A DNA stretch of 64,000 nucleotides from the NCBI GenBank assembly GCA_035625025.1, contig DASPQJ010000041.1:1679-65678 (forward strand), read 5' to 3'. Position 1 is the stretch's first letter, and each line of letters opens with the position of its first letter. Made by a program: the position numbers and the translations under genes. This DNA comes from Acidimicrobiales bacterium (lineage in GTDB: Bacteria; Actinomycetota; Acidimicrobiia; Acidimicrobiales; Bog-793). The notes under the pieces are model-generated. The model worked only from the letters and a program-made list of their open reading frames with translations, was not told the DNA's origin and searched no databases. Below are positions 54,808 through 64,000 of the stretch, piece after piece.

Positions 54808-55428
54808 GTGACGGCAGAGCTCGAGAAGCACTCCCTTGACGGGCGGCGCGCCCGCGGGGAGCGGACGCGCCTCAAGGTCATCGAGGCGCTGCTCGATCTC
54901 GTCGACGACGGCACCGTCCGGCCAACCGCGCAGGAAGTGGCGGCACGCGCCGGGGTCGCGCTCCGCACCGTCTACCACCACTTCGAAGACGTCGAGGCGT
55001 TGCGGCGACTGGCCCTCGACCTGCAGATGCGTCGGCACGCCGAAATACTTCAGCCCGTCGACGCGCGCCTCGCGCTCGACGAGCGCATCCAGACGATCGC
55101 CGGCCAGTGTCGCCGGCTCTTCGAGATCCTCACGCCGATCCGCCGGGCGACGATGTTCGACGAGCAGAGCTCGCCCGAAATGGCCCAAGGCATCGCCTTT
55201 TGCACCCGCACTCGCCGTGACCACGTGATCGCCACCTTCGCACCCGAACTGCGACGTGCCGGCGCCGAGGAGCGCGTCCTCACCGACTCGATCGACTTCG
55301 TCACGGCCTGGCCGACCTGGGAGTATCTGCGCGCCGCGGTCGGCCGGTCTCCCGCGGCAGCGACGCGGGCGATCGTCGCGTCTCTCCAGGCCCTTCTCCG
55401 GCCGCTGAGCCGCCACCCAGGACCGTGA
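54808..55428 (+). CDS. TetR-family transcriptional regulator
   Basis: GTG start after gaggag. The HTH is TAQEVAARAGVALRTVYHHF. Confidence 0.88.
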   Translation: MTAELEKHSLDGRRARGERTRLKVIEALLDLVDDGTVRPTAQEVAARAGVALRTVYHHFEDVEALRRLALDLQMRRHAEILQPVDARLALDERIQTIAGQCRRLFEILTPIRRATMFDEQSSPEMAQGIAFCTRTRRDHVIATFAPELRRAGAEERVLTDSIDFVTAWPTWEYLRAAVGRSPAAATRAIVASLQALLRPLSRHPGP

Positions 55429-55474
55429 TCGGGCGCGAAAAGAAGGCGAATCGCCGGCCACCCGGCGGGTCACA

Positions 55475-55984
55475 TTGAACGCGCCGCCGGGTCGAAACGA
55501 TCTTTCCGCGCCGAAAGAAATCGAGCTTCGCCGCGAGCAGTTGTCGAGTCAATCGGCGACCAAACTCGTCTCGGCGCTCAACACCGAGCTGCGCGGGCGC
55601 TATCCCGACCCGCGGGACTGTCACTTCGATCTCAGCGAAGACGACGTCGCTCCCGGACGCGGCGTATTCATCGTGGCGTCGGAGGGAGGAGTCGACATCG
55701 GTTGTGGCGCCGTTCGGCTACTCGACGACGGACGCGCCGAGCTGAAGCGCCTCTTCGTCGCGCCCGCTTTCCGCGGGCAGCGAATTGCCCCCAAGCTCCT
55801 CGACTTTCTCGAGAGCGAGGCGCGATTCCTCGGCGCTTCCCGGATCGTTCTCGCCACGGGGATCCGCTCACCAGAGGCGCTTGCCCTCTACCGGCGGGCG
55901 GGATACGTCCCGATCGACAACTTCGATCCCTACGAGGAATCGGTCGCCATCGTCTGCATGGGCAAAGACCTCGGCCCGCTCTGA
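55475..55984 (+). CDS. GNAT-family N-acetyltransferase
   Basis: 169-aa track ORF. Acetyl-CoA motif LKRLFVAPAFRGQRIAPKLL, plus ALYRRAGY. Confidence 0.85.
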   Translation: MNAPPGRNDLSAPKEIELRREQLSSQSATKLVSALNTELRGRYPDPRDCHFDLSEDDVAPGRGVFIVASEGGVDIGCGAVRLLDDGRAELKRLFVAPAFRGQRIAPKLLDFLESEARFLGASRIVLATGIRSPEALALYRRAGYVPIDNFDPYEESVAIVCMGKDLGPL

Positions 55985-56061
55985 ACCCCGGCCACGCCCG
56001 GTTGTCGGCAGGGCGAGCGATAGCCTACGGGGGCCCTTTCGGCCTACCCAGGAGTTACTCG

Positions 56062-57921
56062 ATGTCCGCCACGACCGTAGATGACCTGCAAATCGTCGCC
56101 GAACTCGCGAGGCAGCTCCGCGTCGACTCGATCCGCTGCGCGACGTCAGCCGGATCCGGTCACCCGACCTCTTCTCTCTCGGCCGCCGACCTCCTCGCCG
56201 TCCTCGTCACCCGCCATCTCCACTACGACTGGGCGGATCCGAAGCGACCCGAGAACGACCACCTGATCTTCTCGAAGGGCCACGCCTCACCGCTTTTGTA
56301 CTCGGTATTCCGGGCCGTCGGCGTCGTCGACGAGGACGAGCTCATCACGACCTACCGTCGCCTCGGCGCGCGCTTGCAAGGTCACCCGACACCGGCGCTC
56401 CCTTGGGTCGACCTCGCCACCGGGTCCCTCGGGTTCGGCGTCGCCGCCGCAATCGGCGTGGCACTGGCAGGCAAGTTCCTCGACGAGCTCCCCTACCGGG
56501 TGTGGGCGCTGTGCGGGGACAGCGAGCTTTCCGAAGGCTCGGTTTGGGAGGCCTTCGACAAGGCCGCGCACTACGAACTCGACAACTTCACCGTGATCGT
56601 CGACGTCAACCGTCTCGGTCAGGTCGGGCCGACCGAGCTCGGTTGGGACCTCGATGCCTACTCGACGCGCGTCTCCGCCTTCGGCTGCCACCCGATCGAA
56701 GTCGACGGGCACGACCTCGGGGCGATCGACGCCGCCTTCGAAGAGGCGCGGCGCGCCCGCCGGCCGTCGGTCATCCTCGCCCGCACGGTGAAGGGCAAGG
56801 GGGTGCCGGAGGTCGAGGACAAGGTCGGCTGGCACGGCCTCGCGCTGCCCGCCGACCTCGCCGAGAAAGCCGTTGTCGCGCTCGGCGGCCCGAGCTCGTT
56901 GCGCGTCAGCACACCGCTCCCCGAACCCGGGATCCCGGCGATCACGCCCAACCCGCATGCGGTCGTCACGCTCCCCCGCTACGCCCTCGGCGACAAAGTC
57001 GCGACACGCAAGGCCTACGGCGAGGCTCTCGTCGCGTTGGCGGCCCGCCCCGAGGTCGTCGTGATCGACGCCGAGGTGGGTAACTCGACGTTCTCGGAGA
57101 TGTTCTTCGCCGTCGCCCCGGAGCGTTCCTTCCAGGCCTTCATCGCCGAGCAGCTGATGATCGCGGCGGCCTCCGGTCTCGCTGTGCGCGGCTACGTGCC
57201 CTTCGCCGCGACCTTCGGCGCGTTCCTCTCCCGGGCCTTTGACTTCCTGCGGATGTCGGGGGTCTCCGAGGTCTCGATCCGCCTCGCCGGCTCGCACGCC
57301 GGAGTCGAGATCGGTGCCGACGGACCCTCCCAGATGGCTCTCGAGGACCTCGCGGCCCTGCGGGCGATCAACGGGTCGACCGTTCTGTATCCCGCCGACG
57401 CGACCTCGGCGGCGGCCCTCACCGCGGCGATGGCCGACCGCCCGGGGGTCTGCTACCTGCGAACGACACGCGGCGCCTACCCCGTCATCTACGGCCCGGG
57501 CGAGGCGTTCCCGATCGGCGGTGCCAAGGTTGTGCGGATGGGTCCGGCCGACGCGGTCACGCTCGTCGGCGCCGGCGTGACGCTCCACGAGAGCCTCGCC
57601 GCGGCCGAGATCCTGAAGAATGAAGGCATCGAGGCGCGCGTCGTCGACTGCTACTCGGTGAAGCCGATCGACACCGCGACCCTCCTCGCCTCGTGCGAGG
57701 CGACGGGCGGCCGGATCGTCGTCACCGAGGACCACTACCCCGCCGGAGGACTCGGCGAGGCCGTGGAGTCGGCTCTCCTCGCCGCGGGGGCCGCGCCGCG
57801 CCTCGCGCACCTCGCGGTCCGCGGGCTCTCGCAGTCGGGAACACCGGCCGAGCTCCTCGCCGCCGCCGGCATCTCGGCGGAGTGCATCGCCGACGCGGCC
57901 CGCTCTCTCGTGCGAGGCTGA
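56062..57921 (+). CDS. transketolase, short single-chain form (about 619 aa)
   Basis: Distal part of track ORF 55702..57921, with ATG 56062 after aggag. Motifs: SGHPTSSLSAADL, FSKGHASP, GSLGFGV, GDSELSEGSVWEA, and a pyrimidine-binding half with EQLMIAAASG..GPSQMALEDLA. Confidence 0.9.
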   Translation: MSATTVDDLQIVAELARQLRVDSIRCATSAGSGHPTSSLSAADLLAVLVTRHLHYDWADPKRPENDHLIFSKGHASPLLYSVFRAVGVVDEDELITTYRRLGARLQGHPTPALPWVDLATGSLGFGVAAAIGVALAGKFLDELPYRVWALCGDSELSEGSVWEAFDKAAHYELDNFTVIVDVNRLGQVGPTELGWDLDAYSTRVSAFGCHPIEVDGHDLGAIDAAFEEARRARRPSVILARTVKGKGVPEVEDKVGWHGLALPADLAEKAVVALGGPSSLRVSTPLPEPGIPAITPNPHAVVTLPRYALGDKVATRKAYGEALVALAARPEVVVIDAEVGNSTFSEMFFAVAPERSFQAFIAEQLMIAAASGLAVRGYVPFAATFGAFLSRAFDFLRMSGVSEVSIRLAGSHAGVEIGADGPSQMALEDLAALRAINGSTVLYPADATSAAALTAAMADRPGVCYLRTTRGAYPVIYGPGEAFPIGGAKVVRMGPADAVTLVGAGVTLHESLAAAEILKNEGIEARVVDCYSVKPIDTATLLASCEATGGRIVVTEDHYPAGGLGEAVESALLAAGAAPRLAHLAVRGLSQSGTPAELLAAAGISAECIADAARSLVRG

Positions 57922-58031
57922 GCTTTCGCGCGGTCACAGAGTCAGGAGGGGCCGAGGGCCGATCGATCTGCGGCTCGCCGGATCCCTGCGCGAAAGGGAA
58001 GCTCCGCGCCAACCGGCTCCGAGGAGACAAG

Positions 58032-58895
58032 ATGAGCGCCGACCTGGCATCTGATGGCGCGGTGACGCCGCGTGAGGCCCAACAGGTCGCCAAGGCGAAC
58101 GCGTCGTCTCGCACACCGGTCGTTTTCATCCACGGGCTGTGGGCGCTGGCGAGCGTCTGGGACCGCTGGGTCACGGCTTTCGAGGAGGCCGGCTACGTCG
58201 CCTTGACGCCGGGTTGGCCCGGCGACCCGGAGACGGTGGCGGCGGCCAACAAGCATCCCGAAGCCTTCGCACGCCAGCGCGTCGCCGGGATCGTCGATCA
58301 TCTCGAAGGGATCATCGGCGGCCTGGCGGAAAAGCCGGTCGTGGTCGGCCACTCCTTTGGGGGACTGCTAACCCAGATCCTCGCCGGCCACGGCGTCGCC
58401 CGGGTGTCGGTGGCGATCAGCCCGGCCCCGTTCCGCGGCGTGCTGCCCTTGCCGGTCTCGACACTGCGTTCCGTCCTGCCGGTACTCGGCCATCCGGCCA
58501 ACCGCCGGCGCGTGCTTCCGCTCAGCTACGCGCAGTTCCGCTACGCGGTCGCCAACGCGACGAGCGAGCCGGAAGCCCGGGAGTTGTACGGGACCCACGG
58601 GGTGCCCGCCTGCGGCAGGCTGGTGTTTCAGGACGCTTTCGCCAACCTCAACCCGGCCACCGAGGTGCGGGTCGACACGAGAAACCCCGGGCGGGGACCC
58701 CTGCTCATCATCTCGGGCGAAAAGGACCGCTTCTTGCCGCCGGCGATCGCCCGGGCATCGTACCGGCGCCAGCGCTCCAACGAGGCAGTGACCGAGATCG
58801 CCGAGATCCCGGGCCGCGGGCACTCGCTCACCTTCGACAGTGGCTGGCGGGAGGTCGCCGAGATCGCGCTGGAGTTCGTCGGCCGCGCCGTCTAG
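58032..58895 (+). CDS. alpha/beta-fold hydrolase
   Basis: Distal part of track ORF 57693..58895, with ATG 58032 after gaggag. Motifs: VVFIHGLWA and the nucleophile elbow GHSFGG. Confidence 0.85.
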   Translation: MSADLASDGAVTPREAQQVAKANASSRTPVVFIHGLWALASVWDRWVTAFEEAGYVALTPGWPGDPETVAAANKHPEAFARQRVAGIVDHLEGIIGGLAEKPVVVGHSFGGLLTQILAGHGVARVSVAISPAPFRGVLPLPVSTLRSVLPVLGHPANRRRVLPLSYAQFRYAVANATSEPEARELYGTHGVPACGRLVFQDAFANLNPATEVRVDTRNPGRGPLLIISGEKDRFLPPAIARASYRRQRSNEAVTEIAEIPGRGHSLTFDSGWREVAEIALEFVGRAV

Positions 58896-59394
58896 CTCCT
58901 CGCGGGAGACGGACACACGCGATCCCGAGAACCTCCAGAACGCCATGATCGGGCGAACGGGCCCGTCGCGGCCGCGTCGACGGCCGCGCCGAATCGCCCC
59001 TTCGTCTCGAGGCCGGTCCGGACGCCCCCGACGCCTCCGGAGGAACCGGCCACGAACATGGTGCCGTTACGGAGCCGCAAGCAGGATCCGACGGCCGGGC
59101 TCGTCCGCTCGAGGACCCGATCCAGCGTGAAAGGGACCTCGAGGGGGTCTCGGCTGATTCCCGGCAGTTGCGGGCTACGGGGTCTTTCGCCACAATCGCG
59201 GGTGACCTGGACCGTGCAGGACCGGCGGATCCGGCTCGCCGCGCTGTCGGCCGAGGAGGACCTGCGTCTACCCGGTCGACCGAGCCTTTGACGGCCGACA
59301 AGACAACTCGGCCCGTGACGAGCTGAGCGCCCGTCGTGAGACGGACGCGCTGTCCGCGACAAGAAGGCAGGACCAAGGGAAGGGGGAGGCGCAC

Positions 59395-59883
59395 ATGCAA
59401 GTCCTTGTCACCTGCGGCTCGAAGCGTGGAGGCACCGAGGAACTCGCCCAGATGCTCGCCGACGGTCTGCGGGAGGAAGGCCTCACCGTCGGCCTTTTCC
59501 GTCCGGAGGAGATCAAACACCTCGACCATTTCGACGTCGTCATCGTCGGCGGCGCGATCTACGCCGGCCGCTGGCACAAGACGTCACGACGCTTCGTGAA
59601 GGCCCACCTCCGAGAGCTCCGGCAACGCCCGACCTACTTCTTTTCCAGCGGACCCCTCGACGACTCCGCGGCCCGAAAGGAGATCCCGCCGGTGCAAGGG
59701 GTCCGGGCACTGATGAAACGGGTCGGCGCCCGCGGTCACATCACGTTCGGAGGCCGACTCCTTCCTGACGCCACGGGGTTTCCGGCCCGGGCGATGGCGA
59801 AGGAGCATTCCGGCGACTGGCGCGATCCCGCGCAGGTGCGGTCCTGGGCGAAGACGATCGCCGCGCAACTGAACGCGGGCTGA
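59395..59883 (+). CDS. flavodoxin-domain protein (HemG/Flavodoxin_5-like)
   Basis: ATG after gggggagg. Motifs: MQVLVTCGSKRGGTEELA, DVVIVGGAIYAGRWHK. Confidence 0.82.
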   Translation: MQVLVTCGSKRGGTEELAQMLADGLREEGLTVGLFRPEEIKHLDHFDVVIVGGAIYAGRWHKTSRRFVKAHLRELRQRPTYFFSSGPLDDSAARKEIPPVQGVRALMKRVGARGHITFGGRLLPDATGFPARAMAKEHSGDWRDPAQVRSWAKTIAAQLNAG

Positions 59884-59886
59884 ACG

Positions 59887-60480
59887 GTGGCGCCGTATCC
59901 GGTGACCTTCGATCTCGAGCGACCGGAGAAGATGGACCGCGCCCACGTCTTTTTGCGGATCCTGCTCCTCGTTGTGCTCTCCTGGGTCGCCGGATCCGCA
60001 ACCGGAGGGGGTCTCGTCTATCTCGGTCTGCCCGTGGTCGCGGCGATCCTCATCTCCCAGGGTGGGGGGGAGCGCTACCTCACGGAGGACGGCGAGCGGA
60101 TGACGAAGGTGCTTTCCTTCCTCGTCGGCCTGTATGCCTACTTCGCGCTCCTCACGGACCAACTGCCGGGCTTCGAGCGTGGCGCCATCCGCTTCGACGT
60201 CGTCCGCTCCGGCTCCCCCACCGTCTCCTCGGCACTCTGGCGGATCGCAAAGGCCATCCCGAGCGCGATCGTGCTCGCCCTGATCGGCTTCGTCAGCTGG
60301 ATCGTGTGGCTCGTCGCCGCGATCTTCATCCTCGCGAGCGAGCGCTACCCCGCGGGGCTCTGGAACTTCCAACGCGGCGTCGTCCGCTGGGAGGCCCGTC
60401 TCCTCGCCTACCTCGCCTCGCTCGTCGATCCGTACCCACCCTTCTCGTTCGACACCGGACCGGCGAGCACGATCCCCTGA
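59887..60480 (+). CDS. DUF4389-like membrane protein
   Basis: GTG start 3 nt after the flavodoxin-like gene's stop. PVTFDLERPEKMDRAHVFLRILL..YPAGLWNFQRGVVRWEARLLAYLASLVDPYPPFS fits DUF4389 as I remember it. Confidence 0.75.
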   Translation: MAPYPVTFDLERPEKMDRAHVFLRILLLVVLSWVAGSATGGGLVYLGLPVVAAILISQGGGERYLTEDGERMTKVLSFLVGLYAYFALLTDQLPGFERGAIRFDVVRSGSPTVSSALWRIAKAIPSAIVLALIGFVSWIVWLVAAIFILASERYPAGLWNFQRGVVRWEARLLAYLASLVDPYPPFSFDTGPASTIP

Positions 60481-60532
60481 GGCTCGGCGCGCGATGGCGC
60501 GACCGGGATCGTGACGGTCTCGCCGGGAGGCC

Positions 60533-61540
60533 TCAGCCCGCCTCGACGACGAGGACCGCCGCGCCCTCGACACGGTCGTGGGCGAGGTCGGCGAGGGCCT
60601 CGTCGGCGCGGGATAGAGGGTAGGGCGTCGTCACGACGCGCAGCGCCGCGCGGGCCGCGATCCGGAGGAATTCCTCGCCGTCGGCGCGGGTGTTGGCGGT
60701 CACGCTGCGCAGGTTCTTCTCGTAGAAGAGCTCGCTCTCGTAATCGAGCGGGGGGATCGCGCTGAGATAGATCCCCGCGACCGCGAGCGTCCCACCCCGC
60801 TCGAGGGCGGCGAGGGCGACGGGCACGAGCTCTCCCGCCGGCGCGAAGAGGATCGCCGCGTCGAGCGGTTCGGGCGGCGGGTCGGCCGCCCCCTGGACCG
60901 ACGCTGCCCCGAGCTCGCGCGCCAGTCGGCGGGCTTCGGCCGAGCGCGTCATCACGTGGACGGTCGCCCCCTCGTAGAGGGCGACCTGAGCGGCGAGATG
61001 CGCCGAAGCGCCGAAGCCGTAGATGCCGAGACGGCCGCCGGGAGGGAGCAGGGCCCGCCGCAAGGCCCGGAAGCCGATGATCCCGGCGCAGAGGAGCGGC
61101 GCGGCCTCGATGTCGGACGGCCCCGCGGGGATCGCGTAGGCGTAGCGCTCGTCGACGACCGCGAACTCGGCGTAGCCCCCGTCGGCGTCCCACCCGGTGA
61201 AGGCCGGCGCCTGACAGAGGTTCTCGTCGCCGCGGCGACAGAAGCCGCACGTCCCGTCGGTCGCGCGCAGCCAGGCGATGCCGACTCGCGCCCCAACGGG
61301 GAACCTCGACGACCCTGGTCCCAACGCCTTCACCGTGCCGACGACCTCGTGGCCGGGCACGACCCCGGGCCGGCGCGGCGGCAGCTCTCCCGCCGCGAGG
61401 TGGAGATCGGTCCGACAGACCCCGCAGGCCCGCACCCCGACGAGGACCTCGCCCGGGCCCGGTTCGGGGACGGGACGGTCGACGAGACGGAGCGGCCCGT
61501 CCTCGATCGGGCCGGGGCGGTCGACGATCCACGCACGCAT
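60533..61540 (-). CDS. zinc-dependent alcohol dehydrogenase family protein
   Basis: Distal 335 codons of track ORF 60533..61852, from ATG 61538-61540. Motifs: [16 protein letters not shown], structural-Zn region [19 protein letters not shown]. Confidence 0.9.
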   Translation of the reverse strand: MRAWIVDRPGPIEDGPLRLVDRPVPEPGPGEVLVGVRACGVCRTDLHLAAGELPPRRPGVVPGHEVVGTVKALGPGSSRFPVGARVGIAWLRATDGTCGFCRRGDENLCQAPAFTGWDADGGYAEFAVVDERYAYAIPAGPSDIEAAPLLCAGIIGFRALRRALLPPGGRLGIYGFGASAHLAAQVALYEGATVHVMTRSAEARRLARELGAASVQGAADPPPEPLDAAILFAPAGELVPVALAALERGGTLAVAGIYLSAIPPLDYESELFYEKNLRSVTANTRADGEEFLRIAARAALRVVTTPYPLSRADEALADLAHDRVEGAAVLVVEAG

Positions 61541-61686
61541 GACGTCAGTCTCGCGTCTTGCAGCCGGCACGACCGCTCGGATTGCCGGGCGACCGGCCCG
61601 ATGAGGTGCAACACTCGACGGTGGCGGCCGGTCACGGCGACGCCGGACGGGGACGGGGGAAAGGCCGTGGACGCTGGAGCAGTCTT

Positions 61687-62430
61687 TTGACGGCGCAGCG
61701 AACGTCACGCGACCGAGAACGTCCGGTTCGGGCGCGAACCGGCGGGGAGCCGGTCCCCCACGCGCATCACGCGCTGGTGTGCGCGGCCTACGGAGCGGTC
61801 GCCGTCGCCGCTCTCGTCGTCGGATCGGTTTTCGGCAAGGTCCATGGGGCACGCCTCGAACCGCGGGTCGTTCTCTGGTCGGCGACGGCGGTCTTCGTCC
61901 TGGCGGGGGTGACGACGACGCGGCGCCTCGCCCGTTGGCTCGGTCACGCCGTCGGGGTGAGCCCGCTCCCGGCGAGCGGGGCGGCTCTCCGCCTCACCAT
62001 TTCGATCGCCGGCTACGTGATCATCCTCTTCGCGGCGCTCGGCCTCATCTCGGTGCCGATCGACCATCTGCTCGTCGGGGGCGCGGTGACCGGCGTCGTC
62101 CTGGGCATCGCCGCCCAGCAGGTGCTCGGCAACGTCTTCGCCGGCGTCGTGCTGCTTGTCGCCCACCCGTTTTCCGTCGGCAACCACATCCGGGTCCGGT
62201 CCGGGGCGCTCGGGGGACAGTTCGACGGCGTCGTGCGGGGGATGAATCTCACCTACGTCACGCTCCGCACCGAAGAGGGCACCCTCCACGTCCCGAACTC
62301 GGCCATGCTCGCCGCCGCCGTCGGTCCCTGGAAGAAAGCCGCCCTCAGCGCGGCGCCCGCCCCAGCGCCCACTGGGGGCGGCGGGGCGAATCCCATCCCG
62401 GCCGGGAGCGAGACGACGACCCCCCGTTAG
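61687..62430 (+). CDS. mscS: small-conductance mechanosensitive channel (MscS family)
   Basis: Track ORF 61558..62430. TM3/beta-domain pattern [40 protein letters not shown]. Start uncertain (TTG 61687 or GTG 61777). Confidence 0.8.
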   Translation: MTAQRTSRDRERPVRARTGGEPVPHAHHALVCAAYGAVAVAALVVGSVFGKVHGARLEPRVVLWSATAVFVLAGVTTTRRLARWLGHAVGVSPLPASGAALRLTISIAGYVIILFAALGLISVPIDHLLVGGAVTGVVLGIAAQQVLGNVFAGVVLLVAHPFSVGNHIRVRSGALGGQFDGVVRGMNLTYVTLRTEEGTLHVPNSAMLAAAVGPWKKAALSAAPAPAPTGGGGANPIPAGSETTTPR

Positions 62431-62597
62431 CACCGCGGCCACCGGGCGAAGCTGCGCGGCCAACGAAGAACAAACGAGCGGGCGGGTCCGAACGGCTCGT
62501 CCCGTCGGCGCAAGGCCTCGATCGCGCCTCCGGGCCGGGCCGCCCGGCGCGGTCCGGGAGTCTTGTGTCGCGGGACCAGCTCCTCTCGGAGCTCGGG

Positions 62598-63056
62598 ATC
62601 GCGTCGCAGTGACGACCTCCGCGCCGTAACGCATCGTGACTGTGCCCCGAAGCGTCGATCGCGGCTCCGATGCCCGCCAACAGCTCGTCGAGCTTCGCCG
62701 GCGGCAACTCGTTGTGGCCACGAAAGACGGGCACCTGGTTCAGCCACTCCTCCCGGGTGCAGGGCCGCTCCCCCTCGAACCGCCACTCCTCCGGGTCGCC
62801 GACACCGCCGCCTCGACCTCGAACCAGTTCCGCCGCGCGAGCTCGGCCATCCGGGGGTCGCCGTCGACCCCGAGCACCCGGCACCCGACCGCCCGGAACT
62901 GCCGGGCGAAGGTTCCTGTGCCGGACCCGGCGTCGAGGACGGCGGGTCCGGGACTCGTGGCGACGATCCTTTCCCCAAGACGTCGGGATAGCGGGGCCGC
63001 GCGCCCGTCGCCTTCGGCGTCCGAGCCGAACGAACCCGCGACCTCTCGGACTTCAT
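62598..63056 (-). pseudogene. class I SAM-dependent methyltransferase, frameshifted and internally deleted
   Basis: ATG 63054-63056 is followed at once by a shift. Peptides then alternate frames: EVREVAGSFGSDAEG / ARPRYPDVLG / ERIVATSPGPAVLDAGSGTGTFARQFRAVGCRVLGVDGDPRMAELARRNWFEVEAAV / EEWRFEGERP-CTREEWLNQVPVFRGHNELPPAKLDELLAGIGAAIDASG / GTVTMRYGAEVVTATR. The roughly 100-codon segment normally between the EEW and TREEW blocks is missing. Confidence 0.6.
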
Positions 63057-63282
63057 TGGGCTCCGGCCGTCGAGCGGTCACGCGTCCCCGCCAAGCGGCG
63101 TGCCTCTGCTCGTTGCCGCCGGAGGGCGGAGTGAGCTGCAAGGAGGCCTGGCGCCGATTCGGCTCGCCCTACGAGTCGCGCGCGACTGACTTTCCGACTT
63201 CGCCGCGTCTTCCCGATCGCGGTTGGCTCGGCGCACAAGTTCCCGAGGCGCCACCTCTCCGCCCCGGTCGGTCGAGTCGAGG

Positions 63283-64000
63283 TCAGATCTTCCCGCCCTC
63301 GGCATTCCCCGTCCGTCGCCCCGAGGCTGCGACGAGAGCGCGTCGCGAAGACCCGGAAGGCGAGGTTCCCGGTGACGACCGCCAGACGTGCCGCCACGCC
63401 GTCCAGCCCCGGCCGATGGTGTAGGTCACAGCACCGATGGTCCCGACGAAGAACCCGATCGGAAGGTTCGACGTGTACGAAAGGGCGATGGCGGACCACA
63501 CGGTCGCGAGAGCGATGACGACGGAGAGCCCCAGCGCGGTCAGGGGTTTGTTCGTGAAGGAACGAGCCGTGGCGGCCGGACTGATGAGCAGGCTGAAGAT
63601 GAGGAGTGTCCCCACGACGGGCACGGCCATCGTGGTGACGAGCGCAACGACGAGGAGGAACGCGAGCTCCATCCGGTGGGTGTCGACACCCCGTGACTCG
63701 GCGGCATCGGGCATCACCGACGACAGGAGCAACGGCCGGTAGAGAAGGACGATCGCGGCGACGCAGACCGCCCCGATCACCGCCGTCGGCACGAGCTCGC
63801 TGCTGCTGACGCCGAGGACCTCGCCGAAAAGCAGCGAGAAGATCTCGGGCGCGTACTCCGTCGTCATCGCCAAGAAAAGAGCACCGATCCCGAGCATCAC
63901 GACGATGGCGAGTGCCGTGGCGACGTCGTGCCGCTGCCGCCGCCCGAGACCGGCGATCCCGATCGCGCCGAGCAAGGAGAAGACCCCCAGTCCGAGGATG
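63283..64000 (-). CDS. ABC-3 family metal (Zn/Mn) ABC transporter permease; 5' end lies beyond the right window edge
   Basis: Track ORF 63283..63975, and the frame stays open to 64000 (..ILGLGVFSLLGAIGIAG..). Typical segments are LLISPAATARSFT and several TM helices. Confidence 0.82.
   Translation of the reverse strand, partial: ILGLGVFSLLGAIGIAGLGRRQRHDVATALAIVVMLGIGALFLAMTTEYAPEIFSLLFGEVLGVSSSELVPTAVIGAVCVAAIVLLYRPLLLSSVMPDAAESRGVDTHRMELAFLLVVALVTTMAVPVVGTLLIFSLLISPAATARSFTNKPLTALGLSVVIALATVWSAIALSYTSNLPIGFFVGTIGAVTYTIGRGWTAWRHVWRSSPGTSPSGSSRRALVAASGRRTGNAEGGKI

Noticed and set aside
57923-57997. 9-nt long-range complementarity (ctttcgcgc .. gcgcgaaag) in the transketolase-hydrolase spacer, considered as a possible structured leader or riboswitch.
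   Set aside because: It is a single short helix with no recognisable riboswitch core, so the evidence is insufficient.
1-64000. rRNA, tRNA, CRISPR arrays, transposases/integrases, prophage or defence-system genes.
   Set aside because: I found no cloverleaf-like conserved tRNA arms in the few intergenic gaps. I found no direct-repeat/spacer periodicity and no recombinase- or nuclease/helicase-type defence proteins in any frame. This was an inspection by eye only, so tRNAscan-SE, Infernal and CRISPR finders should confirm it.

Overview
High-GC, gene-dense chromosomal segment. My hand counts of ordinary coding lines give about 68-80% G+C. It looks actinobacterial: mycothiol synthase mshD, menaquinone genes, a Ppm1-type polyprenol-P-mannose synthase, a deazaflavin-reductase-like remnant, and the argCJBDFRGH gene order. 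All family calls come from reading the supplied translations and my own translations against remembered motifs; no searches were run.

Left to right the window holds:
- a truncated 3-methyladenine glycosylase gene
- the full arginine operon argC-J-B-D-F-R-G-H (minus strand), with every junction a 4-nt start/stop overlap and a putative ArgR operator at argC
- a stand-alone trpF and an OmpR/histidine-kinase pair
- a histidine operon hisD-C-B-H-A-F-(GroES-like)-hisI-ygfZ
- nth, mshD, rlmN and an FKBP isomerase
- a variable stretch (22.6-32 kb) with menG/menF, orphan genes, a GNAT-GNAT fusion, ppm1 and three decayed genes
- ppx-ppk1, then two SEDS genes flanking a bifunctional-nuclease gene
- aroE-ruvX-alaS-rarA-aspS-hisS-relA
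- a GT-C-like membrane protein, two tandem 1-Cys peroxiredoxins, dedA, tetR, GNAT, a short-form transketolase, a hydrolase, a flavodoxin-like/DUF4389 pair, a Zn-ADH, mscS, another decayed methyltransferase, and a truncated ABC-3 metal permease

I saw no rRNA, tRNA, CRISPR array, transposase or integrase.

Things worth a second look:
- a GroES-fold gene translationally coupled into the his operon, with a C-terminal tail ending GLYL (HbYX/GQYL-like)
- four accessory genes that each carry several lesions while the housekeeping genes look intact
- a perfect 18+3+18 palindrome
- operator-like repeats at argC and relA

Most long Arg/Pro/Gly-rich ORFs in the track are antisense or off-frame shadows of real genes.
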